From NCBI RefSeq assembly GCF_001194135.2, contig NC_068993.1, positions 36,894,697-36,936,639 on the forward strand: 41,943 bases of DNA, given 5' to 3'. Each line of letters opens with the position of its first letter. Position 1 is the first letter of the stretch. Below, one piece after another: positions 10,971 through 23,995 of this stretch. Made by a program: the position numbers and the translations under genes. Source of the DNA: Octopus bimaculoides (taxonomy: Eukaryota). The notes below the pieces were generated by a model that was given only the letters and a program-made list of their open reading frames with translations, was not told the origin of the DNA and searched no databases.

Positions 10971-11472
10971 TTTTGCTGTTTGTGCTTTGTGGGCTTGAAA
11001 TTTATTCCACATTAATGTTAATTTCCACAACAAACTACTGGATGCTGTGGCCATAATCCATCCAATCATAGTTTTGTGCTACCATCATTTATCAACCTTT
11101 TTGCTATGAATGTGAACAAGTGTACCAGGTGGAATAAATTCTTTGGAAATTGGTTTTCATTTAACAATTGCTAAAGGCAAGAGCTTTATGATCCTTGCAT
11201 AACAAGCCAAAATTCCAGTAGAGTGAGAGTTTTATATCCAGTTGTTTTTATGGTCACTGACTGTGTTCCTGTATTTTTCAATAGTGTTGTGTTGAGTCAT
11301 AGAGAGAGTTTTCACCAAATACTATTGTGTTCATATGTAATCCTTTACAATCAGTAGTGTTAGTCAAACTGACAAGACAAAAGTTCCTTAAATATACATC
11401 ATCAAGTACAAACACACTAAAAGCATGCACCCTTATTAACATACTGATGACATTTATAATATACAGTACTTA

Positions 11473-11792
11473 CATCATCATCATCGTTTAACGTCCGCTT
11501 TCTATGCTAGCATGGGTTGGACAATTTGACTGAGGACTGGTGAAACCAGATGGCTACACCAGGCTCCAATCTGATTTGGCAGAGTTTCTACGGCTGGATG
11601 CCCTTCCTAACGCCAACCACTCAGAAAGTGTAGTGGGTGCTTTTACGTGTCACCTGCACAAAGGCCAGTCAGGCGGTACTGGCAACGGCCACACTCAGGA
11701 TGGTGTATTTTATGTGCCACCTGCACAAAAGCCAGTCCAGGGGCACTGGCAACGATCTCGCTCGAAAATCCTACGAAGGCCAGTCAGGCGGT
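11473..11792 (-). mobile_element. Young RTE-tail element (truncated LINE 3' UTR or SINE)
   Basis: catcatcatcgtttaacgtccgctttctatgctagcatgggttgg...ggatgcccttcctaacgccaacc; about 90% identical by eye to 12688-13046. Confidence 0.85.
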
Positions 11793-12687
11793 TTACAATA
11801 TACAGTATTCATAGTAATGATTTTGCACCTTGCTATAACACTAACAACTTTACAAACAGTTTTGTTTCATATTGCCTATTTGCTAATGATACTTCATTTA
11901 TATTCTCTTTTTGTTAATATACCTTCATCTCTATATTGTCTACTTGCTAATAGTATTTCGTCTATATTGTCTATTTGTCCTAGCTAATAATTGTTCTTTT
12001 CTTGGCATAGATCATATTTATTTGTGAAACTCCCAGATGTTTTCTTCATACTCTTCAGATATCTTCTTTGCAGTCCTGGTCTTTACTCTCATACTTGACT
12101 CCTGCTTCTTCAGGATGTAGCATCATGATGAAAAACCAGTAAATTCATCTGTTGGTACATTTCCCTTTTCTTCTAATTTCTTTGCCTTACACTATTATTA
12201 TCATTGTGGAGATTTTATAGCCCCATAGTTCGTTGATTGTGTATCCATGGTTTGTGACTTCCTCCAGTTCTTAATGATGTGCTTCTTTATGATGAAGTCC
12301 ACATTTTTTTCATTCTTCTGTTTTCTCATTTGGTGGTGATCTATACCATAGCTCAACTACCTAGTTGCTGTATTGTTTGACATATACAAAACTTGTAGCT
12401 TGTAATTATGCCTGTCTTCTCTGCATGTGTAGCATTGTAGAGGGGTTGTAAGTTAAATAACTAAACTGACAGGTAACAGATGGTGTCTAATTCAGAGGTA
12501 CTACTGCTGGCCTACAAAAGATGTGAAGCATCAGCGTTATTGATTCACCATAAATCAAATAAATGACATTCTGTTACCAGTGCCAGTGAGCCCTTGTAAA
12601 CAGCTACTAGTTACCATTAATTACAAAACTAATGAATATCGTAATCATAAATCCAAGATATGTTTAGTATGTGTGAATATAGATGTA

Positions 12688-13046
12688 CTGTGCGGGTGGC
12701 ACATGAGATGCACCATTTTGAGCGTGGCCGTTGCCAGTACCGCCTGACTGGCTCCCGTAGGATTTTCGAGCGAGATCGTTGCCAGTGCCCCTGGACTGGC
12801 TTGTGCGGGTGGCACATAAAAGACACCATTTCGAGCGTGGCCGTTTTCGTGCGGGTGACACGTAAAAGCACCCACTACACTCTCTGAGTGGTTGGCGTTA
12901 GGAAGGGCATCCAGCTGTAGAAACTTTGCCAAATCAGACTGGAGCCTGGTGTTGCCATCCGGTTTCACCAGTCCTCAGTCAAATCCTCCAACCCATGCTA
13001 GCATGGAAAGCGGACGTTAAACGATGATGATGATGATGATGATGAT
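12688..13046 (+). mobile_element. Young RTE-tail element, inverted relative to 11473-11792
   Basis: ggttggcgttaggaagggcatccagctgtag...ccaacccatgctagcatggaaagcggacgttaaacg(ATG)n. Confidence 0.85.
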
Positions 13047-14504
13047 TACGAAATGGGGTTTCTTGTGAATATCAGACCCAGTTGTTGAATGTTGTTCTAT
13101 CATCTGACATTTTACATTTTATTGAAAAAATGAGATGTAGGGGAATTCTTAAGGAGTTTTTCAGGAATAAAGTTCATCTTATGAGCCAGGAAATATGTAA
13201 GTTTGTGTATATATGCTGCTGTTTGATTCAAACTGTTTGTTACCCCTATACTTTTATCTTAAAGGAATTTGAACTCCAGGTATTTTGAAAAGAGAAATCA
13301 GGAAAATCATTTTGTGTATTTGAAAATAATGTCTAAATCATCAGGTGACTACCTTTATTTTAATAGCATATTGTATAATATGCTGTAATGTTCTATATAT
13401 TTTAAAAATCTTTTATTACTGTATTTCTGTTAAAATATGCTACCTTTGTTTCAATTAACTCTTTGGCATTCAGATTACCCTGTCAAATGTAATGCTTATT
13501 TATTCAATTTGTTCTGAGTTAATTGTGGATTATCTTGTAGCTTCTAGAGTTCAATGATGTGATTGTTTATTTTCAGAATGACTTTGTAGGATAGGTGCGG
13601 GAGGTTGGATCTAGCCTGTATGAACATGAAACAGGTTGAGAATTTGGACCTGATACGGCCAATGCTAAAAGGTTAATTGTAAAAATAATGAAGAATTTAG
13701 TAAAACAACTTTGTCATTGTTCATTTGGTGTTTGGTACATACATTGACTTGAAATTTTAGTGGAAGGTTTTAATTTAGATCATTTTAAAACAAAAAATGT
13801 ATATCATAGAACTATGGGTGCTCTTGGGCAGGCTGGCATCAAAAGAGTTACTCTGCTATCAGTAAACTAAAATATCTAAATACACATGTTATCTACTTTT
13901 TTGCCCTTTTAGATATGAATTGTTGCTAATTTGCTAGAGTAAAAAAAAGTTTCTCTGTTTGGATTGCTAACTGAATATAACTTCAAAATTTGTAGTTTGA
14001 AAAGCATGATTTAAAAAAATGATCAATTTTCAAATTTGGAGAATGATTAAAAATCATTTTGTGTTATGTTGTAATAGGGTGGAAGGTGAGTGGAGTGTTG
14101 GGATGAAAGAAATATTGTGTTTGTTACGGAATATATTGATCTCTGTTAATATTAATTTCTAACATTAGCATGTGGCCACAAATTTGAGTAATTGTTTGTA
14201 TAATTTATTTAATCAACTCAACCACTTATTTTTGTTTTTGTATTTTTTATATTATTTTATATTACAATTAAAGAATAAGAATATTATTGGTTACATGTTT
14301 ACAGTATACCTATCACTGGGGCAAGGGAGTGTCTGTAATTCACTGCTAAACAAATGTCTCCATTTAATATTTATCTAAGTCTTTTGAATATGAACAGCAC
14401 AATGGCAAAACGTGTTTTCATGACAGGCTGCAAATGAACAACTCTTCTTGTATGACAGTGATTTTTGTTAACATACACACACACACAACATATATTTATG
14501 GCTT

Positions 14505-14790
14505 CTTTCATTTTCAGTCTGCGATATCCGCTCACAAACCTATGGTCATCCCAGGGCTATAGCAGAAGACACTTGCTTATGTATGTGTGTGTGTGTGTGT
14601 GTGTGTATACATACACATGCACACACATGTCGCACAACACAACAAGCTTCCTCACAGTTTTCATCTACTAACCCACTGCTATGATAGAAGAGACTTGCTC
14701 AAGGGTTTGTAAAGTAGGATTGAACCTTGAAGCATATGGTTGTGAAGCAAATTTCTTAAACACAGAGCCATACCTGCAGCCAGGAACTTC
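14505..14790 (-). mobile_element. Degenerate CORE-type SINE fragments
   Basis: gctatagcagaagacacttgc and gaagagacttgctcaaggg blocks match the CORE head. Confidence 0.6.
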
Positions 14791-15155
14791 ATTTTATCAA
14801 TTCTGAACAGATGAAAGGCAAAGTTGACTTCAGCAGGATTTGAGCTCAGAACTTAAAGGACTTCAACTTTGTATTTTCCTTGATCAGTCCCTTTTCAGTA
14901 TTGATTTCTAAAACAGGCACCATGCCACACACCTGGGTAGGAGGGTTTAGTTCATTATATTGACTCTCTCAACCAGTACTTGACTGTTAGTTTATTTTAT
15001 CAACCAAGGAATAATGAATGGAACTGTCAACCTATGCAGGATTTGAAATTAGAGTCTAAAGCGCTGTAAATTAAGTACTACAAATCATTTCATCTGCTGC
15101 TCTAATGATTCTATCAATCTATTTGTTAATGTTTGATAATGTTTATAAATTACTA

Positions 15156-16277
15156 TTGGGTTGCCTAAAAAGTCCTTTTGCTTTTTAAGTGAAAATAAGA
15201 CACAAGTTTTAAACGTAGAGTGATTTATTTAATCAATGATATAATTACCAATTGATTTCAAAATCTTCTGCTTTCATTGGCCAAGAGCTCTTCCAGGTGA
15301 ATTTCTACACCATCTTTAGAACTGAAAGTCTGTCTATTTAATGAATTTGAAGAGGCCAAAATAGGTAGAAATCTGAAGGCACAAAGTTGGGTGAATATGG
15401 AGAGTGAGGCAAAACTTCCCAACCAAGCCATAGTAACATTTTTTTGTGTCTGCAGAGAAGCCTGCAGTCTGGCATTGTCACGGTGAAAGACAGTGCCCTT
15501 GTAACTGAAAAGTTCTGGATGCTTCTCATTGATTACTGTGTTTAATTTGTGTAGCTGGTCACAGTACACATCTGAAGTGATGGTCCTGATCATAGGAAGA
15601 TGCTCATAAAAGGCCATGCCCTTCCAATCCCACCAAAGTCCTGCACTGGAGGTTGTTTGTGGTGGTTTACTGCACTTACCCATGATCATTTGTGCTTCAC
15701 GTTGTTATAATGACTCATTTGTCTTTTCTTGTCAACATTCTTTTCAAAAAAGGATAATTTTTGTTCATGTATCTGCTGCAAATTGCAGTTGGACATTCAT
15801 TGGGCCATGCTCTCCTCATTCAATTGATGTGTGACCCAAACATTGAGCCTGCTGGTGTAACCAAGTTGGTGCAGATAGTTTTTAGTACTTGATTAGGATA
15901 TTTGGAGAATATCTGCAATGATCCTTGTAAAATGGAGTAGGGTATGACTAACTCCTTCACTTTGTTGCTGTTAATCTCTCAGTTGGTCGGCTTCTTGAAT
16001 GGAAAAATTTCCTGATTAAAATCTTGAAAACCACTTCTGGCACATATGTTCCATAACAGCATTCTGTACACAACACATATCTTCCTGCATGTTTCCATTG
16101 CTTTCTGATGTGTTGATAATGTTCATTTTGATTTTCCATTTTCAGGATGATCTTAAGCACACAAAATACAACCTGTCTCATTGCAAGTTCATGTCAAACT
16201 ATGTTAGAGTGTCAGGTATCTAGCAAGTATGCATATGTAAAGGAAGAAAATGTAAATAAACTTTTGGGTCAACCCAA
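15156..16277 (-). mobile_element. Near full-length degenerate mariner (DD34D) element
   Basis: TIRs TTGGGTTGCCTAAAAAG / CTTTTGGGTCAACCCAA flanked by TA (15154-15155, 16278-16279). Broken ORFs contain MENQNEH, WWDWKG...YE, FHRDNAR and LPHSPYSPNFVPSDFYLF; many frameshifts. Confidence 0.92.
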
Positions 16278-16784
16278 TATTTTAAATGAACAGCTGAAAC
16301 AGAATCTAAACTTTCATCTGATACCTTAACAATTTTGCCAGTCTACATTTTAATGTCTAATAATGTTTGAAGCTTAACTTTTTTTTTAAAGTGGTTGTAT
16401 TTCCAGTTTTGTAGTGAGTTGAAAATGTTTTAAGTAGAGTTGTTGAGAATGTGAATCACTTATAGACACACAGATAGACAACTTGTTAATATGTTTTCTC
16501 TTTTTGGTTTTGAGTAAGAAGTAGAGCATGGCTAATGGTTAATGTTGCTTTTCTTCCCTCTCCTTATAAAACATTTATTGTTTGACATAGTGTAATACTT
16601 TATAACTAGTTGTCTGTGATATGAGTACACATGATAATGTGTCTCTTTAACATTATAACAAAAAGGTTTGTAATTCAGTCCCACTGTACAGCACCTTGGC
16701 AAGTGTGTTCTACTCTAGCCCTGGACTGCTCTGTGCCTTGTGAGTAAATTTGGTAGATGGAAACTGTGAGGAAGCATAATCGTC

Positions 16785-17450
16785 GTCATCATCATCATTG
16801 AATGTCCATGTTCCATGTTGGCATAGGTTGGACGGTTTGATAGGATCCACTGTGTCCAAAGACTGCAGTTTGCTTCAATATCTGTTGTGGCCTGGTTTTT
16901 ACTTGATGCCCTTCCTATTGCCAACCATTTTACAGTGTGCACTGGGTACTTATTTTCAAGCCGCCTGCACTATTGAGGTCGCCATACAATTCATAAGATT
17001 ATGAACCCTGCGGAAGATGTGTGTGTGTGTGTGGTGGGGAGCAACTTCATGCTCAGGGACAAGGGGATTACTATGACAGGAGGTGGGGAGAGCAACTTCC
17101 TGCAGAGGGGTCTGCATGACTGCTAACGTCTTATAGGGGAAGAGAAAGCGAAAAATAATTGATGGGAGCTGCAGGACATACATAATGGTGATAAAGTGCC
17201 TAGGTGTTCCCCCCCACCCACTGAGTAGAAGTGGGTGAAAGGGTAGGGTTGAAGGGTAGATAAAACAGAATCATGAACTGGGGAAGATAGAAGGATGCAG
17301 ATGAACAACAGAAGTAGTAAAGATGATACAATGGCTGGAAGGGTGGGGAACAAGAGAGAGGTAAGATTTGGTTGAGTAGACTGGAGACAGAGGGAGGGGG
17401 AAGAGGCCGACATAATTCATGGGGTGAAAGAGAATCACTGTAATGGGTGG
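16785..17450 (-). mobile_element. Older long element with pyrimidine-rich body and RTE-type (GAT)n tail
   Basis: Tail + GATGCCCTTCCTA block at 16785-16950. Body ggaagatagaaggatgc is shared with 18095-18770; a related copy lies at 36790-37200. Confidence 0.55.
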
Positions 17451-17539
17451 AGAACCCCAAGCTTTCAGAACTCAGTTTTGCTGCCGTGTGTGTGTGTGTG
17501 TGCATATGTGTGCACGTGTGTGTGTGTGTGTGTGTTGAT

Positions 17540-17745
17540 TTTGAACCCTGCTCCCTGCTTGACAATCAGTGTTGGGTTGTTTATGTCACTGTGACTTAGC
17601 AATTTGGCAAAGTGACTGATAAAATAAGTACCAGGCTTAAAAAAAAAGGCCTGGAGTTGACCAAATGTTTGACTAAAACCCTTCAAGCCAGTGCCCCAGC
17701 ATGGCTGCAGACAAATGACTGAAACAAGTAACAGATTAAAGATAA
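17540..17745 (+). mobile_element. Type A SINE 3' half
   Basis: cttgacaatcagtgttggg...aaataagtaccaggc...ccagcatggctgcagacaaatgactgaaacaag. Confidence 0.7.
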
Positions 17746-18094
17746 TTAATTCAAAACAAATGTGAATAAATAAGTATTACATTAGACAGAAAAATCTGAA
17801 TGTGAAAGGGTTAATCTACAATTTTCCTTGCTAGCATGGGTTTAGAAAGATAGCTATGAGAGAGAGAGAATTTTATGGCTGGATGTGCAGGTGTGACTGT
17901 GTGGTTATGTAGTTCTCTTTCCAGCCACATGGTTTTGAGTTTCATCCTAATAGTGTGGCACCTTGGGCATGTGTCTTCTTCCTGGTGGAGTTGGGGTGGG
18001 CAAGAAAGGACAATGCAAGAGTGTAGAGAAAGGGCAACAGAAACAAATAGCACTTATGACTGAAAGGTGTAGAGCAGGGTGTAAGTAAAATAAT

Positions 18095-18770
18095 ATATCG
18101 TTGTCGTTGTCTAATGTCCATGTTCTATGCTGGCATAGGTTGACAGGATCTGATGTAGCCAAAGATAGCATCATACTCCAATATCTGCTTTGGCACTGTT
18201 TCCAAGGCTGGATGTCCTTCCTAACACCCACCACTTTACAGTGTGTATTTGGTGCCTTTTTTTTGAGCCACCAGCTCTATTGAGATTTCCATGCAGTTTG
18301 CAAGACTATGAGCCCTGAGGGAGGTAGACACAGCTTTATGGTATGGGATGAATTAAGGTACAAGAGAAGAGGGGGTAGAACAGGTTCTTCTAGTAGAGCT
18401 GTATTGTTACTCACATTTAGTAGGGGAGAGAGGTAATGATCAGTAGGACCTGTGAAGAGATAGGTATTAGGAATGAGGTATTTAGAGTGATCCCTCAAGA
18501 TCTGAGGGGAGTAGAAGTGAATGGGTATCTGGGGTTGGCAAGATTGTACAGGGATCAGGAGACAGCCTGCAACTGTAAAAATGTTGGGTAGAGTTGAAGG
18601 GTGATAACCAATAGGTCATGAGTTTGGGAAGATAGAAGGATGCCAGAGGGAGGAGGTAGGTGAGAGTGGCAGGACAATAATGATTCTGTTGACAGAAGGA
18701 CAAGAGAAAGATGACAGTGAAATTGGATGCAGGAGCAGAGGGGAGAGGTAGGCATAGAACATAGTGTGAG
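18095..18770 (-). mobile_element. Second copy of the older pyrimidine-rich-body RTE-tail element
   Basis: Same module order as 16785-17450. Confidence 0.55.
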
Positions 18771-18932
18771 AGGTAGTTTGGTTCATATATATATGTATAT
18801 AAATATATATATATATATCAGGAAACTGAAAAAGAGAGAAGGTATCAACTTATGTTACTCACTGAAATAAAAGTAGTTTTCCAGTATAAAAACCTCATAT
18901 TCTCCAGAATTGTTGCTTTTGTTTTTCCCTAG

Positions 18933-19158
18933 ATTCTTTGTGTATTCAATGGTGGACTGGACACTGGTGTGAGCAAGGAAGAAATAGAAGAGGCTTTCTG
19001 TGAAGATGTCCGTGCTGAAGAAATTATCATGCTGCCTCAAAGACCTTATGCCTTTATATGTTACCTTTCTACTGAAGATGCAGTACAGGCCGCCAATAAA
19101 TTGAACGGTACTAAACTAAGTAATGGAAACAACATCTATATTTCTTTTTTAAAGACAA
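18933..19158 (+). CDS. ALKBH8: ALKBH8 coding exon 2, RRM domain (ILCVFNGGLDTGVSKEEIEEAF...PQRPYAFICY...LNG...IYISFLKT)
   Basis: Pyrimidine tract + TAG acceptor at 18930-18932; GTAAGT donor at 19159 (phase 1). NGGL, P-x-x-PYAF and LNG motifs match the ALKBH8 RRM (human VANGGLGNG...PPNKPYSF...LNGK). Confidence 0.92.
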
Positions 19159-20743
19159 GTAAGTGATCAGTATTTTCTTTTTAATATTTAACTCTTCTTC
19201 TCCAGGCCACTTCTATTTTATATCACCTTCCCTTCAAGCTCATATTTACCATTGACCACCTCTGCATCCTTTTACTACAATCACTTCTCTACTAGTCTCT
19301 AATCATCTGTCTGTCTTCTCTCACATTCTTGCAAACTTATTCGCCCAATCTTCCTGATCTTCTGTCCCATTTCTCTCTTCTACTCACTTTACCCACCTTC
19401 TTGCATTTATATTTCTTTCTAGCTATTCCAACAAACCCTTTATATAATGCAAAGTAGTCATGTATCTCCTTTTCAGCTATACCTGTCTCTCTCTTTCTCT
19501 CTCTGTCTCATACTTTAGCCCCTTAACAGCCTAGAGCCACCTTTTCTACTACACTTGTACTCGGTCAAGGAAGCTTTTTTGTCTTGTGAGTTACATTGTA
19601 ACTCCTCTAGAACTACTGCTGCAAAATAAACACTCAGTTACATTCTGTAAAGTGGTTGGCAACAGGGAGGGCATCTGGTCATTGAAACCATACCAAAGCA
19701 GACATTGAAGCATGACACAGTCTTCTAACTTGGATTCTGCTAAACCATTCAACCTATGATGGCATGACTGACAGGCATTAAATGACAATGATAATGATAT
19801 TTATTTTGTAATTATACATCTATTTTTATACATTGGTTATATAAGTTTACATTGTAACTTTCATTGAGGAATAAGCTGTGGTTGAGTAACCCTGATCAGT
19901 TTTGCATGTAAATATTATAGAATTTGTGGATGGATTAAAGCCTCAAACTGGTGTTAATAACTGGTTTTCTTTTCTTTATTGTTGGAAGGTGTTAAAACTT
20001 CTAACCACCTCTCTGTCATGCGTGTACCTATGTTCATGTAAATTGGTTTTCAAATTTTGACACAAGAGCAGCAATTTCGTGGGAGTGGGGTGGGGGCTAA
20101 GTCAACTACATTGACCCCAGTGTTCATCCTCCTTCTCTTCATCATCATCCTTTAATGTCCATTTTCCATGCTGGTATGGGTTGGATGGTTTGACCAGGGC
20201 TGGCCAGCTGGAGAGCTTCACCAGGTTCCAGTCTGAGTTGGCTTAGTTTCTGCAGCTGGATGCCCTTCCTACTGTCAACCACTTTACAGAGTGTGCTAGG
20301 TGCTTTTATTATGCCACTGGCACAAGTGCTTTTTACATGATGCCACCAAAGGTGCTTTTTATGTGGCACTGGCACAGGATTCTTGCAGGCCAATCCTCTT
20401 CACCAGGGAATGCAGCCTTAACACTACTGGTACTTATTTTATCAACTCTGTAAGAACAAAAGGTAAAGTTGACCGTGGCGGATTTTGACAGCTGAAATGC
20501 CACCAAATAATTTGCCTGGCATGCAAATGCTTCTGTCAGCTTGCTGCCTTACATGCTGAGTATCTCAAACATGTTAACTTTTTTTTTTAATGTAAATAGT
20601 GAGGAAATTTTTTCCAGGTAGATATGTATGTTAATAATAATATAGATGAAGCAACATCCTAGAAACTTGGGTTTACTTTAACCCTTTTGATACAATCCTT
20701 CCGAGACCACCTCTGATTGTATGATAGAAACTCTTTGTTTCAA

Positions 20744-20974
20744 GGTGGTGAGCTGGCAGAAACGTTAGCACGCCGGGCGAAATGTTTAGCGGTATTTCGT
20801 CTGCCGTTACGTTCTGAGTTCAAATTCCGCCGAGGTCGACTTTGCCTTTCATCCTTTCGGGGTCGATAAATAAAGTACCAGTTACGCACTGGAGTCGATG
20901 TAATCGACTTAATCCCTTTGTCTGTCCTTGTTTGTCCCCTCTATGTTTAGCCCCTTGTGGGCAATAAAGAAATA
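20744..20974 (+). mobile_element. Young full-length tRNA-derived SINE (Nin/Deu-like core) with TSD
   Basis: A-box-like TGGCAGAAACG, B-box-like GAGTTCAAATTCC, core GCCTTTCATCCTTTCGGGGTCGATAAA, AAGAAAT tail. TSD agaaactctttgttt (20726) / agaaactcttcgttt (20975). Confidence 0.88.
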
Positions 20975-21571
20975 AGAAACTCTTCGTTTTAAAATGATAT
21001 AAATTAAAGCTTCCTATCAAAATTTAATATTCAGTTACTTGCTTAATATTGACTCACTTATTTTATGAAATTCTTCGTTTGTTTTTTTTTTTCAAAATTA
21101 ATCTAGTGACATTACATTTCAACAGAAATTTAGTAACAAAATAGGTTGATTGGAGTGTTCCTAACCAAGGTAGATAACTCTGTTTGTCATACTCCACTGT
21201 TTCGAAACTTACTATTTCTATCTCACTGATAAGTGATTAAGTTCTAAACGATTTTTAACAGTGTTAGCAGTTTTGCAAATGCTTAACTATGCAGAAATTG
21301 TGATATCAATGCTAACATTTTGAATGCTATACAATAATATCCTTGCTAGCATTTAAATTGCTCTAAAAAAAACAAAAGGTGCTAATAAGCATGAAATTAG
21401 TTGTAATAAAAAACTGCAAGAGTTACCTGCCTTGTATATTCTCTTGTTTTTGTTCATGAATAGATGAAAATACATTTATCCCTGGATAGTAACATCCTCT
21501 AGTAGATTTGGTATCTGTTTCTAGACAGCTAAGTCAAATTAAGAGACCATGAAATGTATTCTTTTCTCCTA

Positions 21572-21953
21572 TTCTTTAACTTGTTTCTGTCATTTGACTG
21601 CAACCATGCTGGAGCACTGCTTTGAAGGGTTTTAGTCAAACAAATCGACACCAAGACTTATTTTTTCAAGACTAGTATTTATTCTGTCTCTTTTTCCGAA
21701 TCGCTAATTTACGGGACATAAACATACCAACACTGGTTGTCAAGCGGAGATGGGGGGACAGACAGACAGACGGACACACACATACACACACACACAATGG
21801 GCTTCTTTCAGTTTCTATCTGCCAAATCCACTGACAAGGCTTTGGTCGGTCTGAGGCTATAGTAGAAGACATTTGCCCAAGGTACCACGCTGTGGGACTG
21901 AACCCAGAACTATGTGGTTGAGGAGCAAGCGTCTTACCACACAGCCACACCTG
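21572..21953 (-). mobile_element. Full-length type A CORE SINE
   Basis: Same head-CORE-(TG)n-tail order as 853-1300. Confidence 0.85.
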
Positions 21954-22073
21954 AAGATTTTAAAACAGAAACTTTTTAGTTGTTGACCCATGCCATCTTC
22001 ATTTATTCTCTCCCTTTCTGCGACCGAGTGGAACCCTTGAATACATCTCTGTAATCAATGAGTTCTTTGACTT

Positions 22074-22105
<32 letters not shown>

Positions 22106-22120
22106 CTTTCTATTTGGTAG

Positions 22121-22246
22121 TTCCATCGTGCTTAGTTCCATCCACAGACCTACCACCAGGTTTGATTCTTCTGAAAGATTTCATCAGTGAAGATTACGAA
22201 ACCCAGCTGATCAGTGCTATAGAATGGGCTGACTGTGATAATCCAA
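22121..22246 (+). CDS. ALKBH8: ALKBH8 coding exon 3 (IPSCLVPSTDLPPGLILLKDFISEDYETQLISAIEWADCDNP)
   Basis: 30-T tract then TAG acceptor; GTAAGG donor at 22247; phase 1-1, 126 nt. LPPGL...FISE...L...W is the start of the AlkB domain. Confidence 0.92.
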
Positions 22247-22736
22247 GTAAGGCATTTTTTTTTTGTTTATTTTCCAGTAGAGTAAATACAAAATAGCTCT
22301 ATTGGTTAAATATCTTTACATCTCCTCTCGTTTATTTCTTTAGATGTGATTCCAAGTTGTGTGTTAATGATTCTGCCAGCTTGCCACTTTATTTAGAGTT
22401 TAATATTGACATCTATTAATAAATAATGAGCCAACAAGAAGAACCTCTTGACCTGCTAGAAATCGCAGTCAACTCTCATATCTCATCCTAAAAAAAAAAG
22501 GACACTTTAGACAATGTAGTCCTAGATAACTCTATAACCCTTGTAAAGACAGGCTAGTCTCAACCAGAATATCTCTGATCATTCAGTATTGACCTAGGAT
22601 TAAACAACAATAAAATTTAAAATATGACGGTTATAAATTTTTAAGTAGGTTGACTAAAGCCAACTCAAACATGTGTCCTAATTAAAATTTCATTTTGTAG
22701 TTTTTTAAATTCAATTCTTGTTGTTTCATTATACAG

Positions 22737-22937
22737 CCCAAACAACTTTGAAACACCGAAAAACAAAGCACTATGGATACGAGTTCTTGTACAGCACAAA
22801 CAATGTTGATCCAAGCACTCCTCTTCCTTGTGGAATCCCTCCAGTATGTGATAAATTAATTTCAAAGGTTATGCAACATGGATTAATTAACCACTGTCCA
22901 GACCAGTTGACTGTCAACCAATACTTACCCGGACAAG
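22737..22937 (+). CDS. ALKBH8: ALKBH8 coding exon 4 (TQTTLKHRKTKHYGYEFLYSTNNVD...PDQLTVNQYLPGQ)
   Basis: CAG acceptor at 22734-22736; GTATGT donor at 22938; phase 1-1, 201 nt. LKHR-x-x-KHYGYEF-x-Y and PDQLTVNQY-x-PGQG are ALKBH8 signatures. Confidence 0.95.
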
Positions 22938-23494
22938 GTATGTGTGCATCAAGCCACTCAGTATTTGTACATTCAGTTTTTGTCACTATTTGTTTTGTGT
23001 GTGTACGTGTGTGTGTGTGTGTGTTTAATGAAATAAAAGTTTTGTGTGTGTATACAGGAAACCCTTGAGATTTGTCAGTTCAAATTTCATGTGTTCATAT
23101 TCCTCAAACTTTCACAAATTTAAGGATTTCAAAAGTTGAATGTATGAATCTTGAGAATTGCCTGTTTATTCAAAATAATAGAAGCACTACCGGAAAAAAC
23201 TCTGCGTTTAATACAAGCAAATTGTGTACACTACGTCTAGGTATAAGCCTATAAGCTGTGAAGTACAATTCCCTTTCTCTCTTTCTCTGTGGATAGAGAG
23301 ATGAATAGCTGACCTGTGAACAAATTGTTAAAAAACATTGAAGCTAGTCAGGCCAGTCTTTTGTTTTTTTGACCACAAAGAGAAAAATGTGGTTTAACTC
23401 CATAATCTACTTTTTATAATGAGGTTAAAATTGGGTTTGCTAAAATTCTCTATCATAAGATATGTATGTATATAGGAATGTAAAGGGATGTAAT

Positions 23495-23675
23495 TGAATA
23501 GTACAAGGCATTTTGTCCATCATTCTACAGTGTGGAACTGGTACTTAATTTACTGACCTCGAAAGGATGAAAGACAAAGTCAACCTTGGCAGAATTTGAA
23601 TTCAGAATGTGAAGATGGACGAATTACCGCCAAGCATTTCGCCTGGTGTGCTAACGATTCTGCCAGCTTGGCACC

Positions 23676-23708
<33 letters not shown>

Positions 23709-23995
23709 GGCTTCATACATTTGTACCCCAGTGTCACTTTGATGACATGCACTGCTCTCTCACTCAATAATAATAATAATTCTTTCTACTGTAGACACAA
23801 GGCCTGAAATTTGGGGGAGGAGGATAGTCGATTATATTGGTCCCAGTGTGTAACTGGTACTTATTTCATTGACCCTGAAAGGATGAAGGGCAAAGTCAAC
23901 CTTGGCAGAATTTGATTTCAAAGTGTGAAGACAGACGAAATACCGCTAAACATTTCGCTTGGCATGCTGACAATTCTGTCAGTTCACTGCCATAA
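23495..23995 (-). mobile_element. Two tandem Nin/Deu-like SINEs separated by (TAA)n
   Basis: gaaaggatgaaag(a/g)caaagtcaaccttggcagaattt occurs at ~23565 and ~23880. Confidence 0.8.

Noticed and set aside
15156-16277. Active or domesticated (SETMAR-like) transposase
   Set aside because: Multiple frameshifts and stops; shorter than a typical intact mariner.
17280-18660. Penelope RT motif (ASFYLP resembling FY-LPKIHK)
   Set aside because: Only a 6-aa match with no downstream RT motifs; recurrence is explained by two copies of one repeat family.
20744-20830. tRNA gene
   Set aside because: A/B-box-like motifs belong to multi-copy SINE heads; no complete cloverleaf.
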